Part shown: positions 6,768-14,893 of the stretch, in pieces | How positions within the stretch are numbered: the stretch's first letter is position 1 | Layout of the letters: each line of letters starts with the position of its first letter | Source: Vulcanimicrobiota bacterium | GTDB taxonomy: Bacteria; Vulcanimicrobiota; Vulcanimicrobiia; Vulcanimicrobiales; Vulcanimicrobiaceae | Length of the DNA stretch: 18,967 nt | Reading direction: 5' to 3' | Assembly: GCA_003133025.1 (NCBI GenBank) | Contig: PKZK01000056.1 | Coordinates: 14,428-33,394, forward strand | Notes under the pieces: generated by a model | What the model saw: only the letters and a program-made list of their open reading frames with translations | The model's database searches: none | What the model was told of the DNA's origin: nothing | Position numbers and translations under genes: made by a program

Positions 6768-8305
6768 GATGCGGCTCGCTCAACGGCAAAGGCCGGCATG
6801 CGGGCCAAGCGCCGGGCCTCGACGCTCTTGCGCTGCTGCGTGCCGCCGGGCATGCGACCCGAGAAACCCGACTGAGCCTTATCCGCGCTCACCACGAAGC
6901 CGACGGCCGGGTCGGCGCTGAAGCCGACGGTCAAGATCGCGACGTCGTCGCCGACGGCGCGACCTTGGAAGATCGCTTGATGAATCCACGTAGCAGGGTC
7001 CACCTCCGGATGATCGGCTGATGAGGCGACGGCCGATAGCAGCAGTTCTTCGCCCTCGACGACGTTGCGCGAGTGCTCGACCGCCCCGTCGGTATAGAGC
7101 ACGAGCGTGGCGCCCGGGACGCTTTGTACTCGCTTACCCGCATATTTGGTGTTGGGAAAGCCGCCGAGCGGCAAGGAGCCGCAATCGAGGAAGCGCGGTC
7201 TGCGTCCTGGCTCCAGCAGCACCGGCGGGGGATGCCCCGCGATCGCGTAGACGAACTCGAACGTACCCGCGTCCGCCACGCCGGCAATGGCGGTGACCAA
7301 GCGGTCTTCGCGAGCGGCCATTTCGTTGTTGACCCGCTCCAAAACGGAACTCGGTTCGAGATCGAACAACGCGCCCGTAACGAACGATTGGCGGGCGCGA
7401 TTCATCGTGACCGCGGCGTCGATGCCGTGGCCGGTCACGTCGCCGATCGTGAAGAGCACCTTGTTGCCCGGCAAGGCGATGACGTCGTACCAGTCGCCGC
7501 CGAGCTTGGTCTCTTCGGTCGCAGGCACGTAACTCGCGCTGAACCGCAGCGCTTCGAGCGCGGGAAGCGGCCGTTGGCTGAAGGCAGTCTGCAGACTATC
7601 GGCGATGCGCTTCTCCGCATCGTACGCGGCCTGGAGCGTGGCTCGTTGGGCACGCTCTTGGTCTGCGAGCCGTTCCCCTTCCGCGACGCGCCGAGCCGCG
7701 CGCACCTGCTGCACGGTGTACGCGAGGGCGGCGACGCTCAGCGCAATAACCACGCCCACCACCAGCACCGTGATGCGATCGATCGCGGAGGTCAGGCGTT
7801 GGGAGAGTTGCGTGGCGCGCTCGGTCAGGAGCGCGTCCACGCGCGCGATATCCGCACGGAACGCGTCGACGAGCTTCTTTCCGTATCGTTGGACCGAAGC
7901 AGCGCCGCGATGCGGATGAAGCAACGTCGGCTCGGCGACTTGACGCAGCCAGGTATGGTTTTCAGTCGCGGCCCGGTCGAGCGCAGCGCGTGCCTCGGGG
8001 AGATCCAGACCGGCGAGGGCGACCCGCAGCTCGGAGAAATCGTGCTCGAGGGGCGCCTTCGCGGCAGCGAACGGTTGCAGCAGCGTGCGATCTCCGGTCG
8101 CGGCGAGTCCGCGAATGCCGACCTCCTCGTCCAGTTGTAACTTCAACGCGTCCGACGTTAGCGAGCGCACATCGTAGACGTGCCTCGTCGCGTCGGCTGC
8201 GAGGGCCGCATAGCGGTGCGTGTACAGGCCCGCCGCCAGAAAAACTGCGATCAGGACAAGGGCGACGACTGCGGTCGGGACGACAGCTCGGGCCGACGTG
8301 GACAT
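6764..8305 (-). CDS. Membrane sensor PP2C phosphatase (CHASE3-like + SpoIIE/RsbU domain)
   Basis: Two hydrophobic segments flank LDEEVGIRGLAATGDRTLLQPF (CHASE3-like). PP2C motifs GGDWYD, IGDVTGHG, AGHPP, LYTDG and DDVAIL are all present. Confidence 0.9.
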   Translation of the reverse strand: MSTSARAVVPTAVVALVLIAVFLAAGLYTHRYAALAADATRHVYDVRSLTSDALKLQLDEEVGIRGLAATGDRTLLQPFAAAKAPLEHDFSELRVALAGLDLPEARAALDRAATENHTWLRQVAEPTLLHPHRGAASVQRYGKKLVDAFRADIARVDALLTERATQLSQRLTSAIDRITVLVVGVVIALSVAALAYTVQQVRAARRVAEGERLADQERAQRATLQAAYDAEKRIADSLQTAFSQRPLPALEALRFSASYVPATEETKLGGDWYDVIALPGNKVLFTIGDVTGHGIDAAVTMNRARQSFVTGALFDLEPSSVLERVNNEMAAREDRLVTAIAGVADAGTFEFVYAIAGHPPPVLLEPGRRPRFLDCGSLPLGGFPNTKYAGKRVQSVPGATLVLYTDGAVEHSRNVVEGEELLLSAVASSADHPEVDPATWIHQAIFQGRAVGDDVAILTVGFSADPAVGFVVSADKAQSGFSGRMPGGTQQRKSVEARRLARMPAFAVERAAS

Positions 8306-8492
8306 TGCGACGTTGCACTACGAATTCTGCGCGGCGCGACCTTGCGAGCAAGCATCAGCGTCGCGAGAGCATGGCCCTCGCAGATGGAAAGCACACGCCT
8401 CACAATGTGACATTTGACGAGAGGGTTAGGTCCCCGAATTGGGAAGGGAGGAACACCTCGTTTGCCCCCTCTTCAGGAGACAAGCCACACAC

Positions 8493-9476
8493 ATGAACAA
8501 CCTTGTAAAGTTTGCCTTACCGGCAAGCTTAGCGGTCCTTTTGGCGTCTTGCGGCCAAAACAATGGGACCAGCACCCTTCCCGGCGCCGTCGGCGCCCAG
8601 TCGCAGACCCATCAGACTCAGGTTGCCTCGAAGCTTCAGGACGGTTTGCAACTCGGCCGTGTCGAGATGCCCATCCGCGGTCATCAAGCGGTACACCGCG
8701 ATCTGAGCGGGCTCCTGACGTGGGGCAACGGCGCAGTCCAGCACAACCCGGTCATCTACGTCATCTATTGGGGCTGGAAAGACACGGCCAAGAACAAGAA
8801 GGCCGATCCCGACGACATGGAACCCACGCTCAACAAGTTCCTCGCCAACGTCGGCGGTAGCAACTGGCTGAGCACCGTCACGCAGTACTACGACAGCACG
8901 GGCGACATCAACAGCCCCACCGGGCAGTACGCCTATGCAACGAAGAAGGTCGCCTGCGGCGTGACCGGCAGCCACTGCATCCAAGACAAGACGGTTCCGC
9001 CGCTCTTCCCGAGCGATAGCCAAATCCAGCAAGAAGCCGCGAAGCTCGTCGCCAAGTTCGGCGCGAACGCCAACGCGTCGTACGTCGTGCAGACGGAGCA
9101 CGGTCACAACACGAGCGGTTTCGGTACCGAGTTCTGCGCTTATCACGGCGCGTTCACGTCGGGCGGCGCGATCATTGCCTACACCAACCTGCCGTACATT
9201 CCCGATGCCGGCGCCAACTGCGGTGCGGGCTTCGTGAACAACCCGGGTACGCTCGACGGCGTGACCATCGTCGAAGGCCACGAGCTGGCCGAGACCCAGA
9301 CCGACCCGGGTGCCGATTACTCCGGCTGGGGCGGACCGGACGGCGAAATCGGCGACATCTGCGCGTGGGACAGCACCACGAGCAATCAAGCGATCAACGG
9401 CGCCACCTTCCCGGTGCAGCCGCTGTACAGCGACGTCGCATCGGCCTGCACGCTGACCGGCCCGAACGGACCGTAA
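8493..9476 (+). CDS. Secreted lipoprotein with PHI-1/EXORDIUM-like domain (HELAE motif)
   Basis: AGGAG precedes ATG 8493. Lipobox MNNLVKFALPASLAVLLAS-C; motifs IYVIYWG, WLSTVTQYY, FCAYHG, DGVTIVEGHELAETQTDP, GEIGDICAW. Followed by a strong terminator. Confidence 0.75.
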   Translation: MNNLVKFALPASLAVLLASCGQNNGTSTLPGAVGAQSQTHQTQVASKLQDGLQLGRVEMPIRGHQAVHRDLSGLLTWGNGAVQHNPVIYVIYWGWKDTAKNKKADPDDMEPTLNKFLANVGGSNWLSTVTQYYDSTGDINSPTGQYAYATKKVACGVTGSHCIQDKTVPPLFPSDSQIQQEAAKLVAKFGANANASYVVQTEHGHNTSGFGTEFCAYHGAFTSGGAIIAYTNLPYIPDAGANCGAGFVNNPGTLDGVTIVEGHELAETQTDPGADYSGWGGPDGEIGDICAWDSTTSNQAINGATFPVQPLYSDVASACTLTGPNGP

Positions 9477-9494
9477 GCGCTCGAGCGCCAAAGC

Positions 9495-9535
9495 AAAAGG
9501 GAGGTCGCCTAAAACGGCGACCTCCCTTTTCGTTT
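9495..9535. terminator. Bidirectional intrinsic terminator
   Basis: AAAAGGGAGGTCGCC-TAAAAC-GGCGACCTCCCTTTT: perfect 15-bp inverted repeat including A/T tails, between convergent genes. Confidence 0.9.
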
Positions 9536-9557
9536 CTCCGGTCCTGTGCTATTCGAA

Positions 9558-10232
9558 CTAGATCGTGCTGACGAAGCGCTTCGCGCCGAGATAGCGGGAC
9601 GACCAGTAGCTATCGCTGAGCCGGCTGACCATCACACCGTGGCTCGAACTGTGGATGAAACGGCCGCCGCCGAGGTAAATGCCGACGTGCGACGGTCCCG
9701 GCTCGTAGGTCTGGAAGAACACCAGATCCCCTACCGACATCTCACCTTGAATCCGGCGCCCCGAGTAGAATTGCGCGTCGGCAGTGCGCGGTAAGTGGAT
9801 GCCCAGCATCGCGAAGATGTGCTGGGTGTAACCCGAGCAGTCGAAGCCGGATGGCGACGTGCCGCCGAACACATACGGCGTGCCGATGAAGCGCATCGCG
9901 TTGCGCGTCAGGCTGGCCGCGATCGACGACGTGCGATTCACGATGCCCCGGGCGAACCGTCGGATCGAGACGGCGCGGGCGTCCTTACGCGGTTCGCCCA
10001 GCCACATCTTCATGTCGGCGGCCGAGGTCGCGTCCTTGGCGGAGAGCAGGTCGCCCAGTTCCGCGTCGACGGCGGGCGTGAGCCTCAACTGAGGCGCTGC
10101 TAAGGTTTGCGCGGTTGCGAGCCGGATGGCTCCGGTGTGAGACGAAGCGGCAGCCGGGTCGGCGGAAGCTGTTGCGAATGAGGCTGCAGCGATGAAAACG
10201 GCTGCACCGGCCGTTCTCCAGAATGGCAGCAA
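9558..10232 (-). CDS. NlpC/P60 (C40) peptidoglycan endopeptidase, secreted
   Basis: GTPYVFGG..GFDCSG..LPRTA..GDLVFF..SHVGIY..FIHSS gives the Cys-His-His triad. Signal peptide ends ..ATASA. Start is probably TTG 10232 (or CTG 10229) just after GAGGAG; the ORF-track TTG 10247 lies inside the riboswitch. Confidence 0.9.
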   Translation of the reverse strand: MLPFWRTAGAAVFIAAASFATASADPAAASSHTGAIRLATAQTLAAPQLRLTPAVDAELGDLLSAKDATSAADMKMWLGEPRKDARAVSIRRFARGIVNRTSSIAASLTRNAMRFIGTPYVFGGTSPSGFDCSGYTQHIFAMLGIHLPRTADAQFYSGRRIQGEMSVGDLVFFQTYEPGPSHVGIYLGGGRFIHSSSHGVMVSRLSDSYWSSRYLGAKRFVSTI

Positions 10233-10235
10233 AGG

Positions 10236-10365
10236 CTCCTCTTTCAACGCCTACGAGGTTAGTTGACGGGTTCGGGCCGAAGGAGTTTGCCCGTGCGCCG
10301 ACCGGCGCATTCACCCCACCTGGGAGTCCCCCGTTCCGGAACGCTAGCTCCGGATTTGGCGATTT
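10236..10365 (-). ncRNA. c-di-AMP riboswitch (ydaO/yuaA class)
   Basis: Minus strand reads CGCCAAATCC..GGAACGGGGGACTCCCA GG TGGGGTGAATGCGCC..GGCGCACGGGCAAACTCCTT CGGCCCGAACCCGTCAACTAACCTCGTAGGCGTTGAAAGAGGAG. All ydaO consensus blocks appear in order, and an NlpC/P60 gene is a classical target. Confidence 0.93.
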
Positions 10366-10484
10366 GACGTAGCGTGTGACGATGCCGCGCTGTTCTCTAG
10401 GAGAACAATCGCGCCTCGGGATCCGGCGTAGCCGAGCTCCGATGTTGGTCGGTTTATACGCCCGTAACGGGTTCCCTTCAGACC

Positions 10485-11849
10485 TTACAGTACCCTAACC
10501 GACGGCGCTCCGGCCCCGACGGCCTCGGCGATGCCCCGCGCCAGACGGTCGATCAGCTCCGCTTGGTCACCTTCGACCATGACCCGCACGAGCGGCTCGG
10601 TCCCGGAGGCTCGAACGAGCACCCGGCCCCTGTCGCCCAGCTCGGCCTCGGCCGCGGCGATCGCCCCGAGCACCGCAGGGTCGGTCAAGACCTGGGGCGT
10701 GACGCCGGCCACGTTGAGCAAGATCTGAGGGTAGACGCGAACGGGCTCCGTGAGCGCACGGAGTGTCGCGCGCTCGCGAGCCAAGAGCGACAACACCGCC
10801 AAGGCCGTCATCGGGCCGTCGCCCGTCGTGTTCCGGGCGAAGTCGATGATGTGGCCCGATTGCTCCCCACCGAGGCTGAAACCGCCGGCGCGCATCGCTT
10901 CCAAGACGTAGCGGTCGCCGACGGCGGCGCGGATCAGCGCGATGCCGGCCGAACGCAGGGCGCGCTCGAGGCCGACGTTGCTCATCACGGTGGCGACGAG
11001 CGTGTCGCCCACCAACGTGCCGCTGCGCTGTTTCTCACGTGCCAGCGCGTACATCACGTGGTCGCCCGTGAGCGCAGTTCCGTCCTCAGCGACGAACATC
11101 ACGCGATCCGCATCGCCGTCGAAGGCCACGCCGACCACGTGCGCCTGCGGATCGGCAGCGGCGAGTTCGCGCACGCGCGCGCTCAGCGCCGTCGTGTCCG
11201 TCGAACCGCAGGCGACGTTGATCCGCGAACCGTCGTCTTCGGCGTGCAACGCGACGACCTGCGCGCCCGCGCGCGCGAAGGCTCGAGGCCCGATCTCAAA
11301 CGCTGCGCCGTACGCCGCATCGACGACGACGGTGAGCCCGGAGAGGTCGCCGGCGACCTCGAGCAAGGCGGAGAAATAATGCTCGACGAGATCGTGCGCG
11401 GGTTTGGCGATGCCGACGCGATCGTGCGTCGGCCGCGGTAACGCGTCGGCGTCGATGAGCGCCTCGATCTCGCGCTCGCGCGCGTCGTCGAGCTTGTACC
11501 CGTCCGCGCCGAAGAACTTGATCCCATTATATTCGATCGGGTTGTGCGACGCGCTGATCATGACCCCGCCCGCCGCGCCGATCGAGCGCACGATCACCGG
11601 AACCGCCGGCGTCGGCGCGATGCCGACCGACAGCGCGTCGCGACCGGACGAAGCGATGCCCGCAACCACGGCCGCCTCGAGCATCGAGCCCGATAATCGC
11701 GTATCGCGCGCGACGACGAAGGGGCGGTGCGCGTCGATCTCGCGCGAGAGCGCCCACGCTCCGGCGCGACCGACGCGAAATGCGAGTTCGGGCGTGAGAT
11801 CGGCATTCGCCACGCCGCGCACGCCGTCGGTGCCGAAAAGGCGCGCCAC
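10485..11849 (-). CDS. glmM: Phosphoglucosamine mutase
   Basis: LFGTDGVRG, MISASHNP, FDGDADR, VGDRYV, GGEQSGH, TTGDG, RASGTEPLVRVMVE; follows cdaA-cdaR. Confidence 0.96.
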   Translation of the reverse strand: MARLFGTDGVRGVANADLTPELAFRVGRAGAWALSREIDAHRPFVVARDTRLSGSMLEAAVVAGIASSGRDALSVGIAPTPAVPVIVRSIGAAGGVMISASHNPIEYNGIKFFGADGYKLDDAREREIEALIDADALPRPTHDRVGIAKPAHDLVEHYFSALLEVAGDLSGLTVVVDAAYGAAFEIGPRAFARAGAQVVALHAEDDGSRINVACGSTDTTALSARVRELAAADPQAHVVGVAFDGDADRVMFVAEDGTALTGDHVMYALAREKQRSGTLVGDTLVATVMSNVGLERALRSAGIALIRAAVGDRYVLEAMRAGGFSLGGEQSGHIIDFARNTTGDGPMTALAVLSLLARERATLRALTEPVRVYPQILLNVAGVTPQVLTDPAVLGAIAAAEAELGDRGRVLVRASGTEPLVRVMVEGDQAELIDRLARGIAEAVGAGAPSVRVL

Positions 11850-12517
11850 TATTTCACCGCGGGCGTCGCCGCGCCGAACTCGCCCTGGACGCGAACGAGG
11901 TTGGGTTCGACGTCGATGGTGGGCAGTTCGTTACCGGCCGCATTGGTGGCGACCGGCTTGAGCATGGCATCGAAGGGCGCAGCGCTCGAGGCCAGCGGCA
12001 CGTCGACGCGAACGCCGGCCACGTGGTCGAGATCGCCGGTAGCTCCCCGTAACACGACTTCGGCGGGGGTGACGGCCATGCGATCGACCACGATGTTGCG
12101 CCGGACCTGGCCGACGTAGCGGACGCGCACGGCAAGATGACGTTCTTCGATGCGTTCGATCGAGAGCGTCACCGAAGCCGGCGAGAGCGAGCGGATATCG
12201 AGTTTGGGCGCGATCACTTCAACCGGTACGTTGTAGACGCCGACGCCGCGACCTTCGAGATCGAGCACGGCGCGCACATCGTCCGGCTTCACCTCGCCCG
12301 AACGGGGCACCACGACCGAGACGACTGCCTGGCGTTCGCTGAAGCGCGCGACCTTATCGGACTTGAGGCCCGTGGTGACGATCGGGACGTTGAGCGTCTG
12401 CACGAACCGCGCCGCGACCACCGGATTGGGCGCGAGCCGGAAGTAACCCCAGGCAGCAACGGCGAGAACGAGCGCCAACACCTTCAATCCGAGATTGGCG
12501 CGGAGGCGCTCAAGCAC
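11849..12517 (-). CDS. cdaR: CdaR/YbbR-like regulator of diadenylate cyclase (short form)
   Basis: N-terminal NLGLKVLALVLAVAAWGY anchor, beta-rich YbbR-like repeats (VRAVLDL..GVYNVPV; VTPAEVVLRG); located between cdaA and glmM. Confidence 0.88.
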   Translation of the reverse strand: MLERLRANLGLKVLALVLAVAAWGYFRLAPNPVVAARFVQTLNVPIVTTGLKSDKVARFSERQAVVSVVVPRSGEVKPDDVRAVLDLEGRGVGVYNVPVEVIAPKLDIRSLSPASVTLSIERIEERHLAVRVRYVGQVRRNIVVDRMAVTPAEVVLRGATGDLDHVAGVRVDVPLASSAAPFDAMLKPVATNAAGNELPTIDVEPNLVRVQGEFGAATPAVK

Positions 12518-13394
12518 TCGGATTGGCGAGTTCCTCCGAGGCCGAAGCGGCGGCTTTTCCCGGACGCAGACGACGCACGCGCGGTTTGCGCGCCGGACGC
12601 GGCGGCCTGCCGCCTCGCGCGGCGCGACAACATGCCAGCAGCACGCTGCGCAAGCGCAACTCGTCGTCGAGTTCGCGCGAAAGCTTCCCGAGCCGCGCGA
12701 CCGAGATCGTTCCGGTTTGCTCCGAGATCACGAGGACCACCGCGTCGGTTTGTTCGGTGAGGCCGATCGCCGCGCGATGCCGCGTGCCCAGTTGGCTCGA
12801 GGTGCCGACGTTATCCGAGAGGGGCAAAAAACAACCCGCGGCTTCGAGGATGTTGCCGCGCACGATCGCCGCACCGTCGTGGAGCGCCGAGCGCGTCGAG
12901 AAGATCGTGAGCAAGAGTTCGAACGAAAGCCGCGCGTCCATGCGCGTGCCGCTTTCGAGGTATTCGCGCAAACCGGTCGCGCCTTCGATGGCGATCAGCG
13001 CGCCCGTGCGACTGCGTGAAAGCGCGACCGCGGCGCGCGCGAGAATCGCGACCGACTCCTCGAGCGTGACGGCCTCGGCCGCCGCCTCGCGCCGGGCCAG
13101 CATACCGCCGCGGCCGAGTTGTTCGAGCAGACGGCGAAGCTCGGGCTGGAAGACGATGGGCAACGTGACGGCCGTACCGAGCAGCACGTATTGCAGCACG
13201 GTCGCGAGCACGAGCAGGTGGAAGAAATTGGCCAGCCCGAGCAGCGTGATCAAGACCAGGATGCCGAACAGGATCGGCACCGCACGCGTGCCCCGGATCA
13301 GCAGCAAGAGATAGTACGTAAGCGTCGCGGTCGCCAGGATGTCGAAAACGTCGGCCCAGCCGAACTGGATGCTCGTCAGCCAGAGGGGCATCAT
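12510..13394 (-). CDS. cdaA: Diadenylate cyclase CdaA/DacA
   Basis: Three N-terminal hydrophobic segments, IRGTRA, VFQPELRR, GALIAIE, LHDGA, GTRHRAAIG, VISEQTG. Confidence 0.95.
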   Translation of the reverse strand: MMPLWLTSIQFGWADVFDILATATLTYYLLLLIRGTRAVPILFGILVLITLLGLANFFHLLVLATVLQYVLLGTAVTLPIVFQPELRRLLEQLGRGGMLARREAAAEAVTLEESVAILARAAVALSRSRTGALIAIEGATGLREYLESGTRMDARLSFELLLTIFSTRSALHDGAAIVRGNILEAAGCFLPLSDNVGTSSQLGTRHRAAIGLTEQTDAVVLVISEQTGTISVARLGKLSRELDDELRLRSVLLACCRAARGGRPPRPARKPRVRRLRPGKAAASASEELANPSA

Positions 13395-13930
13395 GCACCG
13401 CCCGCGAGCAACGGCTCGGCGAACGTTTCGATCAGTCGCGAGGCATCGAGATCGGGGATGCCGAGCGTCGCCGCAGCCAGCGCCGCCAGGGCCGCGTCGC
13501 CGAGCGGCAAGAGCGGCCGGATCCGGCGCGCCCCGCTCGTTTCGACATCGATGAGGTCGAGCACCAGACGCAGCGAACTGCCGGGGGCGAGTTCGAGCGA
13601 GAGCGCACCGGCCGAGGCGACGGAATCGACCACGGCGCCGGCCCCCCCGGGGCCGGTCAACGCACGGACCAGTGCCGGCAAACGCTCCGGATCGTGCGGC
13701 ACGACTTCGAGCGCGATCGGCGCCGGATCCGCAAAGCGCGCGGCGGGCACGTCGATCGCCGCGCTCGCGTCGGCCGGCGGCAAGCGAAGCGCCGCATACG
13801 TTCGGGTCCCGGAACGGTCTGCGGTCCAGGATGCGACCTCGATGCGGGCCGAAGCCAACAGGCGAACGACATCGTCACGCTCGCTTGGGGCGAGCACGCC
13901 GTCGAATCGCAAACTGCCGAGCCGTTTCAC
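13391..13930 (-). CDS. Hypothetical protein (179 aa), first gene of the cdaA operon
   Basis: AGGAG (13940-13936) precedes GTG 13930: MKRLGSLRFDGVLAPSERDD...LIETFAEPLLAGGA. Its stop overlaps the cdaA start (ATGA). The longer ORF-track extension is the antisense shadow of rsgA. Confidence 0.8.
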   Translation of the reverse strand: MKRLGSLRFDGVLAPSERDDVVRLLASARIEVASWTADRSGTRTYAALRLPPADASAAIDVPAARFADPAPIALEVVPHDPERLPALVRALTGPGGAGAVVDSVASAGALSLELAPGSSLRLVLDLIDVETSGARRIRPLLPLGDAALAALAAATLGIPDLDASRLIETFAEPLLAGGA

Positions 13931-13996
13931 CGCGTCTCCTCGAGGCACCGAGGCACCGAAATCGGAGATATGTTTACACGTCCCGAGAGGGGAGTC

Positions 13997-14893
13997 ATGC
14001 GCGAGACGAGCGACAGTGTTCCCGCGCGCGTGATCAGCGTGGGGCGGAACGCGCTGTGGGTCGCCTTCGAGGACTCCGAGGAACTGCACGTTGCGTCGAT
14101 GCGCAAGGGCCGTGAGAAGGTTGCGCTGGTCGTCGGCGATCTCGTAACGGGCCGACTGCTCGAGGACGGGCGCGTGCTGGTCGACGCGCGCGAACCGCGC
14201 AGCTTCGCCCTCGAGCGCCGCACGGCGGGTGGACGGACCAAGACGATGGCCGCCAACATCGACGGGATTGCGATCGTCTCCGCCTTGGCCGACCCGCCGT
14301 TTCACGCGGCGATGGTCGACGAGCTGCTCGCCTTCAGCGAATTGCACGAGATCTCGGCGGCTCTTTTCCTGACCAAGCCCGACCTCGCCGCCGACACCGC
14401 CCCCGACGCAATAGCCGGACTCTACCGCAGCCTGGGTTACGAGACGCTGATCCTCAACCCCAAAGCCGGCCTGGGTCTCGACGAGTTGGAACGGCGGCTG
14501 AACGCGCACAAGACCCTCTTGATCGGTCAATCGGGCGTCGGGAAGAGCTCGATCTTCCGCGCGCTCGGCGGCCGCAGCGTCGTCGGCGACGTGTCGAAGA
14601 TCGGGCGCGGCCGGCAGACGACATCGGCCGGCCGTCTGCACCGCTTTCCCGACGGGTTCTTGATCGACAGCCCCGGAGTGAGCGACTTCGAATTGCACGG
14701 CATGACGCCGGCCGAAGTGGCCCACGGCTTCATCGAATTCCGGCCGCTGCTGGGCACCTGCCGTTTCAGCGACTGTGCGCACCTGAGCGAGCCCGACTGT
14801 GCGGTCCGCGACGCGGTCGCAGACGGACGCATCGCCGCCTCGCGCTACGCGAGCTATCGCGCGATCCTCGAACGCGGGCGTCGCGCCGGCTAG
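13997..14893 (+). CDS. rsgA: Ribosome small subunit-dependent GTPase A
   Basis: Circularly permuted GTPase motifs TKPD, GQSGVGKSS, GRQTT, DSPG; zinc finger CRFSDCAHLSEPDC; purine-rich SD before ATG 13997. Confidence 0.95.
   Translation: MRETSDSVPARVISVGRNALWVAFEDSEELHVASMRKGREKVALVVGDLVTGRLLEDGRVLVDAREPRSFALERRTAGGRTKTMAANIDGIAIVSALADPPFHAAMVDELLAFSELHEISAALFLTKPDLAADTAPDAIAGLYRSLGYETLILNPKAGLGLDELERRLNAHKTLLIGQSGVGKSSIFRALGGRSVVGDVSKIGRGRQTTSAGRLHRFPDGFLIDSPGVSDFELHGMTPAEVAHGFIEFRPLLGTCRFSDCAHLSEPDCAVRDAVADGRIAASRYASYRAILERGRRAG

Noticed and set aside
8420..8470. GGCAAAC...GGGAC on the minus strand resembling a c-di-GMP-I riboswitch
   Set aside because: It lacks the GNRA-capped P2 stem, the GCAAA junction and the tetraloop receptor.
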